A stretch of DNA of 64,000 nt from an uncultured Gemmatimonadales bacterium (GTDB taxonomy: Bacteria; Gemmatimonadota; Gemmatimonadetes; Gemmatimonadales; GWC2-71-9), in the NCBI GenBank assembly GCA_963795085.1, contig CAWCFX010000004.1:480001-544000 (forward strand), in the 5' to 3' direction. The position numbers were made by a program, and so were the translations under genes. The notes under the pieces are model-generated. The model made no database searches, had not been told where the DNA came from, and saw nothing but the letters and a program-made list of their open reading frames with translations. Of this stretch, positions 33,099-43,348 are shown in pieces (position 1 is the stretch's first letter; every line of letters starts with the position of its first letter).

Positions 33099-33982
33099 TC
33101 CGACCGGCACTCCACCAGGGATATCGTTCCGCCCAGCGTGAGGACCCGTTCACTGGTGGTCGCGAGCAACCCCCGGCTGGTCCAGGCGATGCCTTCGCCC
33201 TGGACATCCAGTCCACCGGCATCGCACCGGGGACGCTCCCGGTCCGGCTCGAGCCTGCCCTCATGGAGCCGAAAGAAGTAGATGTAACGGTAGGTCCGGA
33301 TCGCCACCTCGCTGCCGTTGGCCGCCAGGGCCGCATCGGTCACCTGGTATCCGAGGCCATCGGGGAAGGGGAGATCGTGCAGGAATCTGGCGGTCACCCG
33401 GCCCCGGCGGTCCCAGCCGCGGCGGTCCACGAAATAGACCCGGCCGCCGCCCGACCGTTCCTTGCTCACCAGGTACAGGTCCTGGTCGGCCGTCACCAGG
33501 ATGGCTTCGACGTTCCGGGGACCGTCCTCAAACTCCAGTTCCAGCTCGGCGTCCACCCCGAGAGTGCCGGAAGACACGTTCCGGGTATCAGGTTCGCTCA
33601 CCCGGTACACCAGGACCGATTGCCGCCGCAGGGCATTGTCCCCGGTATCGGCAAGGTAGAGGCAGTACCGCGTGCCACAGGGCGCCAGCGCCATCGCTTC
33701 CCAGTCCACGTTGTCGGCCCCGCGAACCCGGTAGCTTCCCCGGTCCGCCCCGCTGCTGTCGGTGGCAAAGATCTCCGGGGGATTCCCCGAGTCGTTGAGA
33801 GTCCAGAAGAGCCCCCGCTCCCGCCGGCTCGCCGCCAGGCCCGAACTCTCCCGGATCCGGGGGTTGGCCAGTGCGCTCTGGTGCAGCACCCGGACCGTGT
33901 CCTCTCGGATCACCGCCTGGGCCCCCCCTCGCTCGGTCAGCCCCAGCGCCAGCGCGACAAGGACCAGTGTTGTTCTCGCCAT
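33095..33982 (-). CDS. Secreted beta-propeller-like hypothetical protein
   Basis: Signal peptide, ESSGL, WTLNDSG, DWEA, DTGDN, QGEGI. Confidence 0.8.
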   Translation of the reverse strand: MARTTLVLVALALGLTERGGAQAVIREDTVRVLHQSALANPRIRESSGLAASRRERGLFWTLNDSGNPPEIFATDSSGADRGSYRVRGADNVDWEAMALAPCGTRYCLYLADTGDNALRRQSVLVYRVSEPDTRNVSSGTLGVDAELELEFEDGPRNVEAILVTADQDLYLVSKERSGGGRVYFVDRRGWDRRGRVTARFLHDLPFPDGLGYQVTDAALAANGSEVAIRTYRYIYFFRLHEGRLEPDRERPRCDAGGLDVQGEGIAWTSRGLLATTSERVLTLGGTISLVECRSE

Positions 33983-34114
33983 GCCTAATGATAGCTGGCC
34001 CCCCGGTCCGCCCATTCCGCTGACCTGCCACCTTGCCCCTCGCCCCCTTGCCCCCTTTTCTCTCCCCCGCCATGCGGCCATCTTGCTACTCTACTTTCAG
34101 CCCGAACGAGCCTC

Positions 34115-36148
34115 ATGCTTGATAGCCTTAAGTCTCGCCCTACACCCAAGTTACCGGACAATGTCCGGTTCGATGGGCGGATTCTCTTCCTGACCGAGGA
34201 CCCGGTCCTGCTGAATCAGCAGCTTTCCGGCGAGGATCTGGACTGGAACCCGGCGATCCCCCTCAGGAATGATATCTCTACCGACGAGATTACCCCGGCT
34301 TACATCTGTTACTACTTCGACGAGACCCTGGGAGAATTTCCCTACCTGGGACTCAAGGCCGGGGAGGAATTTCCCATCGGCCGGGGCTCAGTCAAGCAGG
34401 GCGGGTTTGCGGTATCGGTCAGCGGCAAACGTCGCGGCAAGGGATCCAGCCGGGAGCAGTCGCCGTACGCGGAAATGATGGCGGGTATCCGGCTGGTGAT
34501 CGCCGAGAACATCGAGCGGATCTACCGGGAGAACTGCCAGAACCTGGGGTTGTTCACCAGTACCGACTTCACCCTGATCGGCCGGATTCGCCGCGGCGAG
34601 GCAATTCCCCTGGCGGAGTTCACCCGCGGGGAAGGGGAGATCACCCGCGGCATCATTGAGTACGGCGGGCTCTTCCAGTACAATGTGGCCCGGCTGCAGG
34701 GAAAGGTCTCGGTCCCCGCGCCGTCGGCGCCGCCCCGGCCCATGACCCTGGCCGAGAAGATCATCGCCCGGCACTGGGTGGCGGACCTGTCCTCCAACCG
34801 GGTTGGCACGCCCTTCGTCACCCCCGGCGACGAGGGCTTCATCCGCACCGACATCCGCTTCAGCCACGAGTACGTCACCCCCATGTCGGCCATCTTCTGG
34901 CGGGACTACGTGGGGGAACACGAGAAGGTCGTGGACCCGGAGTCCATCTTCTTTTTCCGCGACCACCTGACCTTCCTCGAGCTGGCCATGACCGACGAAC
35001 GGAAGGCAGAAGGCCTGCTGGACGTCGCGCTGGAACTCAAGAAGAAGCAGGAGGACTTCTCGGAAGAGCAGGGAATCAAGCTCTACGGAGAGCTGCCCCG
35101 GCTGGGACCCAACATGGTGGTGCAGGGCTCCGAGGCGATCTGCCATTCGAAGATGCTGGAGCAGCACGCTCTCCCCGGCCAGGTGATCATCGGGAGCGAT
35201 AGCCACACCCCCCACAGCGGCGCGATGGGCGCGCTGGCCTTCGGCGTCGGTACCACGGCGATCTTCAACTCCTGGCTGACCAAGGATGTTCGTATCCAGG
35301 TCCCGCCCTCGGTGCTCATCCGGGTGAACGGCGTCAAGCCGGAGAACGTCACCGCCAAGGACTTCATGCTGCAGATCCTGCGGCAGCCCTACGTGAAGAA
35401 CGGCAAGGCCATTGGCAAGATCGTGGAGTACGCCGGCGACGCGGTCCAGGCGCTTTCGATAGACGAGCGCGCCACCATGACCAACATGGCCGCCGAGGTG
35501 GGCGCCTTTACCGGCCTGATTCAGCCCGATGAGAAGAACGTGGAGTTCCTGGTGCGGGAGCGGGGGACGCCTCCCGCTGCGGCGCGGGCCCTGCTGGAAG
35601 GCATGTTCTCCGATCGGGACGCGGTCTACGAGGAAGTCATCGAGATCGATGCCCATGCCTTACGGCCCATGATCGCCCTGCCCGGCGATCCCGGGAACGG
35701 TCTCTTCATCGAGGAGCTGGGCCAGGATGTCAAGGTGGATATCGCCTACGCCGGCAGCTGCACCGCCGGGAAGAAGGAGGACATGGACATGTATGCCCGG
35801 GTCCTCAAGGAAGCGGCCGACCAGGGCGAACGGATCCATCCCGATGTCCGGTTCTATATCCAGTTCGGCAGCCAGGACGTCAAGCGGTACGCCGAACGGA
35901 TGGGTTATGTGGAGGTGTTTCGGGCGGTAGGGGCGGAGATCATCGAACCCTCCTGCGGGGCCTGCATCAACGCCGGACCCGGCGTCTCCTATGACAAGCA
36001 GACAGTGACCGTGAGCGCGATCAACCGGAACTTTCCGGGCCGCTCCGGGCCGGGTCAGCTCTACCTCGCCAGCCCCTATACCACGGCCGCCAGTGCACTG
36101 GCGGGCCGGATCTCGGTGTGGGAACAGGCTGTAGGAAGTGAGAAGTGA
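34115..36148 (+). CDS. Aconitase-family dehydratase: LeuD-like swivel domain fused N-terminal to a LeuC-like 4Fe-4S domain
   Basis: DISTDEI and GKGSSRE (small-subunit motifs); MTLAEKI, DSHT, GSCT and CGAC..NRNFPGR (large-subunit motifs). Confidence 0.9.
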   Translation: MLDSLKSRPTPKLPDNVRFDGRILFLTEDPVLLNQQLSGEDLDWNPAIPLRNDISTDEITPAYICYYFDETLGEFPYLGLKAGEEFPIGRGSVKQGGFAVSVSGKRRGKGSSREQSPYAEMMAGIRLVIAENIERIYRENCQNLGLFTSTDFTLIGRIRRGEAIPLAEFTRGEGEITRGIIEYGGLFQYNVARLQGKVSVPAPSAPPRPMTLAEKIIARHWVADLSSNRVGTPFVTPGDEGFIRTDIRFSHEYVTPMSAIFWRDYVGEHEKVVDPESIFFFRDHLTFLELAMTDERKAEGLLDVALELKKKQEDFSEEQGIKLYGELPRLGPNMVVQGSEAICHSKMLEQHALPGQVIIGSDSHTPHSGAMGALAFGVGTTAIFNSWLTKDVRIQVPPSVLIRVNGVKPENVTAKDFMLQILRQPYVKNGKAIGKIVEYAGDAVQALSIDERATMTNMAAEVGAFTGLIQPDEKNVEFLVRERGTPPAAARALLEGMFSDRDAVYEEVIEIDAHALRPMIALPGDPGNGLFIEELGQDVKVDIAYAGSCTAGKKEDMDMYARVLKEAADQGERIHPDVRFYIQFGSQDVKRYAERMGYVEVFRAVGAEIIEPSCGACINAGPGVSYDKQTVTVSAINRNFPGRSGPGQLYLASPYTTAASALAGRISVWEQAVGSEK

Positions 36149-36160
36149 GCCGAATTCCGG

Positions 36161-37348
36161 TTACTCGTTGCCTGGCGCTTCACTGACGGTTTCGTCCGGC
36201 TCCCGCGCCGGCCGGAATGACCCAGGGTCATACACGCCGCGGGGGTTCCACAGGATCCAGGACTTGAGGCCCACGTCCTCCACGGCCCGGATTTGTTCCT
36301 TCACATGGAACGCTGAATAGCGCGGCGCTCCCAGGGTGAACGCCTGCAGCCAGGGGCGAATCTCCGCCGTTTCGCCCAGCGGGGCGGAGCGCTTGATCCC
36401 GTCCTCCAGCGCCCGGCGGACCACCTTGTACGGCTCGCTGTTGGGATGGCGGATGTCCCCGAACCCGCCATAGTAGTGGCTGGGATACACCATCGGCAGC
36501 ACCACGTCCGCGCTGGTCACCAGGTCCTCCCAGACCTGCCCGATCCCCATGTCCACGGTGGTGCTGGACGTCATCCCGAAGATGTCGATGGTAAAGGGGA
36601 CCCCCAGCGGCTTGACCAGGTCCCGGAGGAGCCGGATGTTGCGGCGGACCCCCTCCCGGGTGGACTCCCCTTCCCGGCGGGACGAGAAGACCGCGGAGGC
36701 CATCCTGGACCGGGGCTCGTCCGGAAACCGCACGTAGTCGAACTGCAGTTCCGCAAACCCCATCCGCACCGCTTCCTCGCCCAACTGGGCCGCATAGACC
36801 CACACCGAATCGTTGAAGGCATCCACCCAGGCAAAGTTGAGCCGGTCCCGCCAGAGGCCTCCCGCAGTGTGCCGGACCGACCAGTTGCTCTTCTTCGTCG
36901 CGAGCAGGGGGTCCTTGGCGACCACGATCCGGGCGATCGGGTAGATCCCGCGGGCATGGAGGAGCTGGAGCCGCTCCCGGACGTCGGGCGCCCGCAGTTC
37001 GCTGTTGGCGCCGATCTGAATGGCCGTGGGCACCGACGACCGGTAGGTCAGGTACCCGGTGTCGTCCTTCACGTCGATGACGAACGCGTTGACCTCGGTG
37101 CTGTCGGCCAGCCGGACCAGGTCGTAGAAACGCCGGCTGCCGAAGACCCATGCGTTGAGATAGACCGCCCGAATGGAGGCGGGTGGCTTCGCCAGGGGCG
37201 GCGCCGGCCAGGCGACGGGGTCGGGACGGGTCCGGGCCAGGCTTTCAGGCGGAGCGGTCGGGGCGGGCAGTTCATCCCACTGCTGCGCGGCAGCCGGGAG
37301 GGCAAGGCCCGCCAGGACCGGCAGAAAAAAGAAAACGCGGCTTGTCAT
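36161..37348 (-). CDS. Putative glycoside hydrolase (DUF4015-like)
   Basis: NAFVIDVKDDTG, GFAELQFDYVRFP, PMVYPSHY, RPWLQAF. Confidence 0.85.
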   Translation of the reverse strand: MTSRVFFFLPVLAGLALPAAAQQWDELPAPTAPPESLARTRPDPVAWPAPPLAKPPASIRAVYLNAWVFGSRRFYDLVRLADSTEVNAFVIDVKDDTGYLTYRSSVPTAIQIGANSELRAPDVRERLQLLHARGIYPIARIVVAKDPLLATKKSNWSVRHTAGGLWRDRLNFAWVDAFNDSVWVYAAQLGEEAVRMGFAELQFDYVRFPDEPRSRMASAVFSSRREGESTREGVRRNIRLLRDLVKPLGVPFTIDIFGMTSSTTVDMGIGQVWEDLVTSADVVLPMVYPSHYYGGFGDIRHPNSEPYKVVRRALEDGIKRSAPLGETAEIRPWLQAFTLGAPRYSAFHVKEQIRAVEDVGLKSWILWNPRGVYDPGSFRPAREPDETVSEAPGNE

Positions 37349-37401
37349 GACGCGTAATCTAGCAAGCGATGTGCCTGCCAACCTGTGCTCCGAGTCACCC
37401 C

Positions 37402-39000
37402 TTACGGGGGCGAAATCACCCGGATCTCGATCCGGCGGTTCAAGACCCGTGCGACATCAGAGGAATCTTGCGTTATGAAGTTGGTGGCGCCGTAACCCTT
37501 GATCGTCAACTGGCTGCCGGCGACTCCCTGTTCCAGCAGGTAGATCCGAATGGCCTGCGCCCGGTCGGTGGACAGCCTGAGGTTCTGGGCCGGGGGCAAC
37601 CGGTCGTGCGCGTTGCCGCCGATCTCCACCCGGATCGATGGATTGGCACGCAGGGTAGCGGCGATCGAGTCCAGCAACGGTTTCACCGCCGGGCGGACCG
37701 TGGAGCTGCGAAGCGCAAAGGCGTTCCCCGGTATCGTCCAGTTGCCCCGCGCGTTAGCCGCCGGCGGGATCACCGCGGCGGCGCTGTCGCCCGGTGGCTG
37801 AACTGGGGTAACCGGGCACCCATAGGCATCCACCCGGGTGCCAGCGGGCGTGTCGGGACAGAGATCGCCGGTATCCGGGGTGCCGTCCCCGTCGGCGTCG
37901 GGGGCCACCGGGCACCCGTTGGCGTCCACCCGGGACCCGGCCGGGGTGTTGGGACACCGGTCGTTGGGGTCATTCACTCCGTCGCGGTCGCTGTCCACGA
38001 CCGGTTCGCAGCCGAAGGCATTGACGATGGCGCCCGGCGGCGTGTTGGGGCAGCGGTCGATTCCATCGAACACCCGGTCATTGTCCTGGTCTCCCGGGCA
38101 TCCCAGCCGGTCCACGGTGGCCCCGGCCGGAGTGTTGGGACAGCGGTCCAGCCCTTCGAACACCTTGTCGCCATCCGTGTCCGAGGGGCAGCCCGTCGCA
38201 TCCACCAGTGCCCCGGAGGGGGTATCCTCGCACTGGTCCACGCCGTCCAGCACGCCGTCCCGGTCGGTATCCTTGGGACACCCGGCCGCATCCACCAGGG
38301 CCCCGGCGGGGCTGCTGGGACAGCGGTCTATGCCATCCAGTACCGTGTCACCGTCGGTGTCGCTGGGGCATCCGTGCCGGTTGACGATCGCCCCCAGCGG
38401 GGTGGCCGGGCAGCGGTCGTATCGGTCAAAGACCAGGTCCTCGTCGGTGTCCGCCAGCCGGCGGCTCGCCAGCATCCAGCTGAAACCGGCGCTGAATGAG
38501 AGATTGGAAAACGAGGGCGACGAGCTCCGGCTCATCAGCGCCTCGGTCCGGAGCATCAGGGTCGGCGAAAGGGCCAGGCGCAATCCTACGCCGCCCAGGA
38601 GGGCGCCTGCCGAACCGCAGATGGTGCTGGGCGCCACGCTATCCGGGCAGTTACCGTAGCCGATGCGGCCCAGGCCGGCCCGCAGGTAGGCAGAGCTGTA
38701 CAGGCCGAGGGGAAGGTTGTACAGGGCGGACCCGGCCAGGCTGGCGACGTTGACGCTCTGGCCATTGCTCGACTGGGGACTGGCGAACGAGCCTTCGAAC
38801 TCGATCGACGCGTAGCGCCAGAACCAGTACCCCAGCCGGCCGGTTCCCCCGATGGTTCCATTCAGTTCGGTGGCGCCGTCGAATGAGTTATAGGACCCGG
38901 CCGCGCCGGCTTCGATTCTATAGAGGCGCTGGGCTTCGGTACGCCCGGGCAACGCCATGGCGAGGGCCGTTATCAGAACCAGTTGCGACAGCCGCGTCAT
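37402..39000 (-). CDS. OmpA-family protein with thrombospondin type-3 repeats
   Basis: N-terminal barrel, repeated DxDxDGVxDxxDxCPxTP..VDxxGC, C-terminal NLRLS.DRA and NRRIE. Confidence 0.93.
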   Translation of the reverse strand: MTRLSQLVLITALAMALPGRTEAQRLYRIEAGAAGSYNSFDGATELNGTIGGTGRLGYWFWRYASIEFEGSFASPQSSNGQSVNVASLAGSALYNLPLGLYSSAYLRAGLGRIGYGNCPDSVAPSTICGSAGALLGGVGLRLALSPTLMLRTEALMSRSSSPSFSNLSFSAGFSWMLASRRLADTDEDLVFDRYDRCPATPLGAIVNRHGCPSDTDGDTVLDGIDRCPSSPAGALVDAAGCPKDTDRDGVLDGVDQCEDTPSGALVDATGCPSDTDGDKVFEGLDRCPNTPAGATVDRLGCPGDQDNDRVFDGIDRCPNTPPGAIVNAFGCEPVVDSDRDGVNDPNDRCPNTPAGSRVDANGCPVAPDADGDGTPDTGDLCPDTPAGTRVDAYGCPVTPVQPPGDSAAAVIPPAANARGNWTIPGNAFALRSSTVRPAVKPLLDSIAATLRANPSIRVEIGGNAHDRLPPAQNLRLSTDRAQAIRIYLLEQGVAGSQLTIKGYGATNFITQDSSDVARVLNRRIEIRVISPP

Positions 39001-39166
39001 AATATCCTGGGCGGGGGGACACCGGAGCGGCGCACCGCTGCCCCTCCGGGAGGATGGAAGTATGGGCCGGTGCCGGCGCCCGGGGCAAGACAAACCCTTG
39101 GCACCGGGCCGGACGCTGGCTACGATTCGCGGGACCAGCCTGACTCCTTGAGCCTCCTGTGAGCCC

Positions 39167-39391
39167 ATGCGCATCTCGATTGAATACTGCGTCGTTTGAA
39201 ACTATCAGCCCCGGGCGTCCAGTTTGGCCGCCGAACTGAAGCGAGCGTTTCCGGATGCCGAAGTGCGCCTGGTCGAGTCATCGGGCGGCGTCTTCGAGGT
39301 CTCGGTCGATAGCGCCGTCGTTTTTTCCAAGAAGACCGCCGGCCGTCACGCCGACCCCGGCGAAGTCCTCGACATCATCCGGAAGCGCTGA
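39167..39391 (+). CDS. SelW/SelT/Rdx-family selenoprotein (CxxU; in-frame TGA at 39197-39199)
   Basis: Reads MRISIEYCVVUNYQPRASSLAAELK...SSGGVFEVSVD..VFSKK..GRH. Rdx-family similarity continues on both sides of the TGA. Missing from the ORF track. Confidence 0.92.
39212..39233 (+). promoter_or_regulatory. Bacterial SECIS-like hairpin
   Basis: GGCGtCCA-GTT-TGGcCGCC hairpin with a G-containing apical loop about 22 nt after the UGA. Confidence 0.7.
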
Positions 39392-40468
39392 GTGAGAATC
39401 GCGATCTCCACCGGCGGCGGCGACGCCCCCGGCCTCAATGCCGTCATCCGCGCCATCGTCCTCTCCGCCTACCAGCGCGGCTGGCAGACCTATGGCATCC
39501 GCCGCGGTTTCGACGGACTCCTGGAAAACGAAGGTATCATGAGCCTGGGCCCCCGCGAGGTGAAGGGGATCACCCACCTCGGCGGGACGATCCTGGGCAC
39601 CACCAACCGGGGCAACCCCTTCAAATACATCAAGACCAGCGAGAACGGCACCGAAGTCGAGTATGACCGGTCCGATGAGCTGATTTCCGCGTTCCATGCC
39701 AGTGGATTCGAGGCCCTGATCTCCATCGGCGGAGACGGCAGCCTCCTGATCGCCCACGAACTCTGGAAGAAGGGTCTTCCGGTGGTGGGCGTCCCCAAGA
39801 CCATCGACAACGACGTGGTCGGCACCCTGGCTACCTTCGGGTTCGATACCGCGGTCAGCACCGCCACCGAGGCCATCGACAAGCTGCACTCCACCGCCGA
39901 GAGCCATCAGCGTGTGATGATCGTGGAGGTGATGGGGAGGTACGCCGGCTGGATCGCGCTTCACAGCGGGCTGTCCGCCACCGCCGATGTCATCCTGATT
40001 CCGGAGATCCCGTTCGACATCGAGAAGGTGTGCGACAAGATCCGGCGCCGGGAAGCCCAGGGGCGCCATTTCAGCATCGTGGTGGTCGCCGAAGGCGCCG
40101 TACCGGTGGGTGGGTCGGTGGTGCTGCTGGAGCGGCGGGCCGGCACGCCCGACCGGCTGGGCGGGATCGGCAGCCAGGTCGCGCGGGCCATCCAGGAGCG
40201 GACCGGCAAGGAAACTCGCACCCTGGTGCTGGGACACCTGCAGCGGGGCGGGTCGCCCACGACCTTCGACCGCCTGCTGGGCCTGCGGTTCGGCGCAGCG
40301 GCCGTGCGGGCCGTGGCCGAGCGCGAATTTGGCGTCATGATCGGCTATACTCCGCCGACCATATCCCGGGTGCCGCTGGACCAGGTCGTGGGAAGGCAGA
40401 AAAACGTTCCGGTCGATTCCGACACGGTGATGACCGCCCGCGAACTCGGCCTCAGCCTGGGCGACTGA
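39392..40468 (+). CDS. pfkA: 6-phosphofructokinase (group III type)
   Basis: TGGGDAPGLN, GGTILGT, GGDGS, PKTIDND, EVMGR, LGHLQRGG. Confidence 0.95.
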   Translation: MRIAISTGGGDAPGLNAVIRAIVLSAYQRGWQTYGIRRGFDGLLENEGIMSLGPREVKGITHLGGTILGTTNRGNPFKYIKTSENGTEVEYDRSDELISAFHASGFEALISIGGDGSLLIAHELWKKGLPVVGVPKTIDNDVVGTLATFGFDTAVSTATEAIDKLHSTAESHQRVMIVEVMGRYAGWIALHSGLSATADVILIPEIPFDIEKVCDKIRRREAQGRHFSIVVVAEGAVPVGGSVVLLERRAGTPDRLGGIGSQVARAIQERTGKETRTLVLGHLQRGGSPTTFDRLLGLRFGAAAVRAVAEREFGVMIGYTPPTISRVPLDQVVGRQKNVPVDSDTVMTARELGLSLGD

Positions 40469-40509
40469 CCATCCCGCACGGGGCGCGGATCCATCGCGCC
40501 CGAGGCTTC

Positions 40510-42549
40510 ATGAACTACCCACCCTCCCGGCAGGACCCCGTCACCGAAATCTTGCACGGCCACCTGGTCGACGATCCCTACCGCTGGCTGGAAGAGGACG
40601 GCAGCGCCGAAACCCTGGAATGGACCCGGCAGCAGAACGCCGCCACCGAGTCCTACCTCGCCGGCGTCCCCGGGCGCCAGCGAATCCGCGCACGGCTGGA
40701 GGAGCTGCTCGCCATCGGGGCCATCAGCGTCCCGGTTCCCGCCAGCGGCCGCTACTTCTACCAACTGCGTGAAGGCGGGCAGGACCAGCCCGTGCTCCTG
40801 GTCCGCGACGGCCTGGCCGGGGCCGATCGCCCCCTGGTCGATCCCAACCGGATCAACGCCGATGGCACCACTGCGCTGGACTGGTTCTACCCGAGCGAGG
40901 ATGGGTCGCTGCTCGCCTTCGGACTGTCGGAAGACGGCAGCGAGGAGAGCGTCCTCCACGTGATGGACGCAGCTACCGGGTCGCTCCGGCCCGACCGGAT
41001 CCCGCACACCCGCGCGGCCGATCTTGCCTGGCTCCCCGATAATTCCGGGTTCTACTACACCCGCTACCCCGCTCCGGGCCAGGTCGCCGGCGGCGAGGAG
41101 CACTACCACCGCGCGGTATACTTTCACCGGCTCGGCGCCGACCCCGCGCAGGATCCGCTGGTTTACCAGCCGGACCACAAGGAATACTGGCCCGGAGTGG
41201 ACCTCTCGCCCAATGGGCGTTGGTTGTTGATTTCGGTGGCCCGCACCTTCGACCAGACCGACGTCTATATCCAGGACCGCGTCGCCGCCGGCCCGCTGGT
41301 CGTGATCGCGAAGGACCTCGACGCGTCTTTCGACACGGCCGTAGTCCGGGAGCGGCTGTACCTCCGGACCAACCTCGACGCGCCCAACTATCGCGTGTTC
41401 GTGGCCGACCCCGAGCACCCGGAGCGGCCCAACTGGCGGGAAATTGTTCCTTCCCGTCCCGACGCGGTCCTGGAGGGGATGGGAATTACCGGCGGTCACC
41501 TGGTCCTGACCTACGTCGAGCGGGCCTCCTCCCGGCTCACCATTGCGGATCTCGAAGGGCGCCCGGTGCGCGAGGTGGCACTCCCCGCAATCGGCAGCCT
41601 GTTCGGTATCGGGGTCGAATGGGACTCCTCGGAGCTGCTGGTCGGCTTCTCTTCGTTCACCTTGCCGCCGGCCATTTATCGAGTTCAACTGCCCGGGGCT
41701 GAGCCGGAACTGTGGCGGCAGGTTGCCGTGGACATCGACCCGGGCCGATTTGCCGTCGAGCAGGTGAGTTACGCCTCAAAGGACGGAACGGCGGTGACCA
41801 TGTTCATCGTCGCGCCGGGGGACCTGGAGCGGGACGGGAACCGGCCGGTCTACCTGACCGGGTACGGGGGATTCAACATCAGCATGCTGCCGGGATTCTC
41901 CCGTTCGATGCTCCTGTGGCTGGAGGCTGGGGGCGTGGTGGCGATTCCCAACCTCCGGGGCGGCGGCGAATACGGAGAAAGCTGGCACCAGGCTGGCATG
42001 CTGGCCCACAAGCAGAACACGTTCGATGATTTCATCGCGGCCGCGGAGTACCTCGTGCGCGAACGATATACCTCACCCGGGCGCCTGGCGGTGGCCGGCG
42101 GTTCCAATGGCGGGCTCCTGATGGGGGCGGTGCTGACGCAGCGTCCCGACCTGTTCCGGGCCGTGATCATCCAGGTGCCGCTGCTCGACATGCTTCGCTA
42201 CCACCTGTTTCTGATCGCCCGGCTCTGGATCCCGGAGTATGGCTCTCCCGATGTCCCGGAAGAATTCGAGTGGCTGCGCGCGTATTCCCCCTACCATCAC
42301 GTCAGGGAAGGCACCCCCTATCCGGCGGTCCTCCTTGCCACCGCGGAGTCCGATACCCGGGTCCACCCCATGCATGCACGGAAAATGACTGCCCGCCTGC
42401 AGGCCGCGACCGGGTCCGGCCATCCGGTGCTCCTGCGGCTGGAAACCCAGGCCGGACACGGCGCCGGCAAGCCGGTTTCCAAGCTGGTGGAAGAACTGAC
42501 CGACAGCTGGACGTTCGTGTTCAGGGAACTGGGCATGGACGTCCCGTAG
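40510..42549 (+). CDS. Prolyl oligopeptidase (S9A)
   Basis: DPYRWLE, GYGGF, RGGGEYG, GGSNGG, DTRV, AGHG. Confidence 0.95.
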   Translation: MNYPPSRQDPVTEILHGHLVDDPYRWLEEDGSAETLEWTRQQNAATESYLAGVPGRQRIRARLEELLAIGAISVPVPASGRYFYQLREGGQDQPVLLVRDGLAGADRPLVDPNRINADGTTALDWFYPSEDGSLLAFGLSEDGSEESVLHVMDAATGSLRPDRIPHTRAADLAWLPDNSGFYYTRYPAPGQVAGGEEHYHRAVYFHRLGADPAQDPLVYQPDHKEYWPGVDLSPNGRWLLISVARTFDQTDVYIQDRVAAGPLVVIAKDLDASFDTAVVRERLYLRTNLDAPNYRVFVADPEHPERPNWREIVPSRPDAVLEGMGITGGHLVLTYVERASSRLTIADLEGRPVREVALPAIGSLFGIGVEWDSSELLVGFSSFTLPPAIYRVQLPGAEPELWRQVAVDIDPGRFAVEQVSYASKDGTAVTMFIVAPGDLERDGNRPVYLTGYGGFNISMLPGFSRSMLLWLEAGGVVAIPNLRGGGEYGESWHQAGMLAHKQNTFDDFIAAAEYLVRERYTSPGRLAVAGGSNGGLLMGAVLTQRPDLFRAVIIQVPLLDMLRYHLFLIARLWIPEYGSPDVPEEFEWLRAYSPYHHVREGTPYPAVLLATAESDTRVHPMHARKMTARLQAATGSGHPVLLRLETQAGHGAGKPVSKLVEELTDSWTFVFRELGMDVP

Positions 42550-42640
42550 CGGCGGGTCACCCTATCGGGGCTGTGTCTTGCCCGGTACATTCCGACTCGT
42601 CGCCCACGCCGTGGGATGATCCCTGCCATGGAGGACCGTT

Positions 42641-43348
42641 ATGCCAGGCCCGCTCCGCCGCGCCGGTTTCGTCGCGCTCGCCTTGATCCTTGCCGGCCCC
42701 GTGACGGCGGCAGCCCAGGGCGAACGACTCCTGACGCTCCAGGATGTCAGCCCCGGCCTGGCCCGTCTCCTCGGCAACACTCCGCTCGATTTCGTCGCGG
42801 CGGCCCGCATTACCTACGGCCACACCGGCCAGGCCAGCTACGACGAGTTCTTTCGCAGTTCGGCGATCTCCTACGGTGGTTTTCATGTGGGGCAGAAGCT
42901 GACCGACAACGCCACGCTCAATCTCAAGAAATACGCCCGCAGCAAGGCTGCGGTCGCCTCACTGCAGGAAGAGATCGCCGCGCTCACCCAGGGCGCTGAT
43001 ACTTCCGAGTGGACTACCGAACAATCCTTCGCCGTGCTCCAGGCCGCCAAGAAGAAAGACGAGTTGACCGGCGAAGAGCGGGACTACATGCTGGCCACCG
43101 CGGTCAATGTGGCGGCCACCATTCCAGTCGTCGAGGCGGCCACCTCGTCGGCCACTGACCTTACCGGCGCGGCTCCGGGGCTGATCAGCAATGCCCGCTC
43201 CGCGTTCGGCGCACTCAAGGCGGCCGGGGTTGCCCGCAGCGTCAGGCAGAGCGCCGACCGGGTCTCCACGATTCCAGCCCGGGCTCCCCGGCTGCTCGAA
43301 TCGCTGGCCGTGCTCTCCCGCGGGCTGGCCATGCTCAATGAGAACTAG
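42641..43348 (+). CDS. Hypothetical secreted protein
   Basis: GGAGG RBS, signal peptide, helical composition. Confidence 0.8.
   Translation: MPGPLRRAGFVALALILAGPVTAAAQGERLLTLQDVSPGLARLLGNTPLDFVAAARITYGHTGQASYDEFFRSSAISYGGFHVGQKLTDNATLNLKKYARSKAAVASLQEEIAALTQGADTSEWTTEQSFAVLQAAKKKDELTGEERDYMLATAVNVAATIPVVEAATSSATDLTGAAPGLISNARSAFGALKAAGVARSVRQSADRVSTIPARAPRLLESLAVLSRGLAMLNEN

Noticed and set aside
37840..38460. Tandem DNA repeats
   Set aside because: Explained by the coding TSP3 repeats of the OmpA protein.
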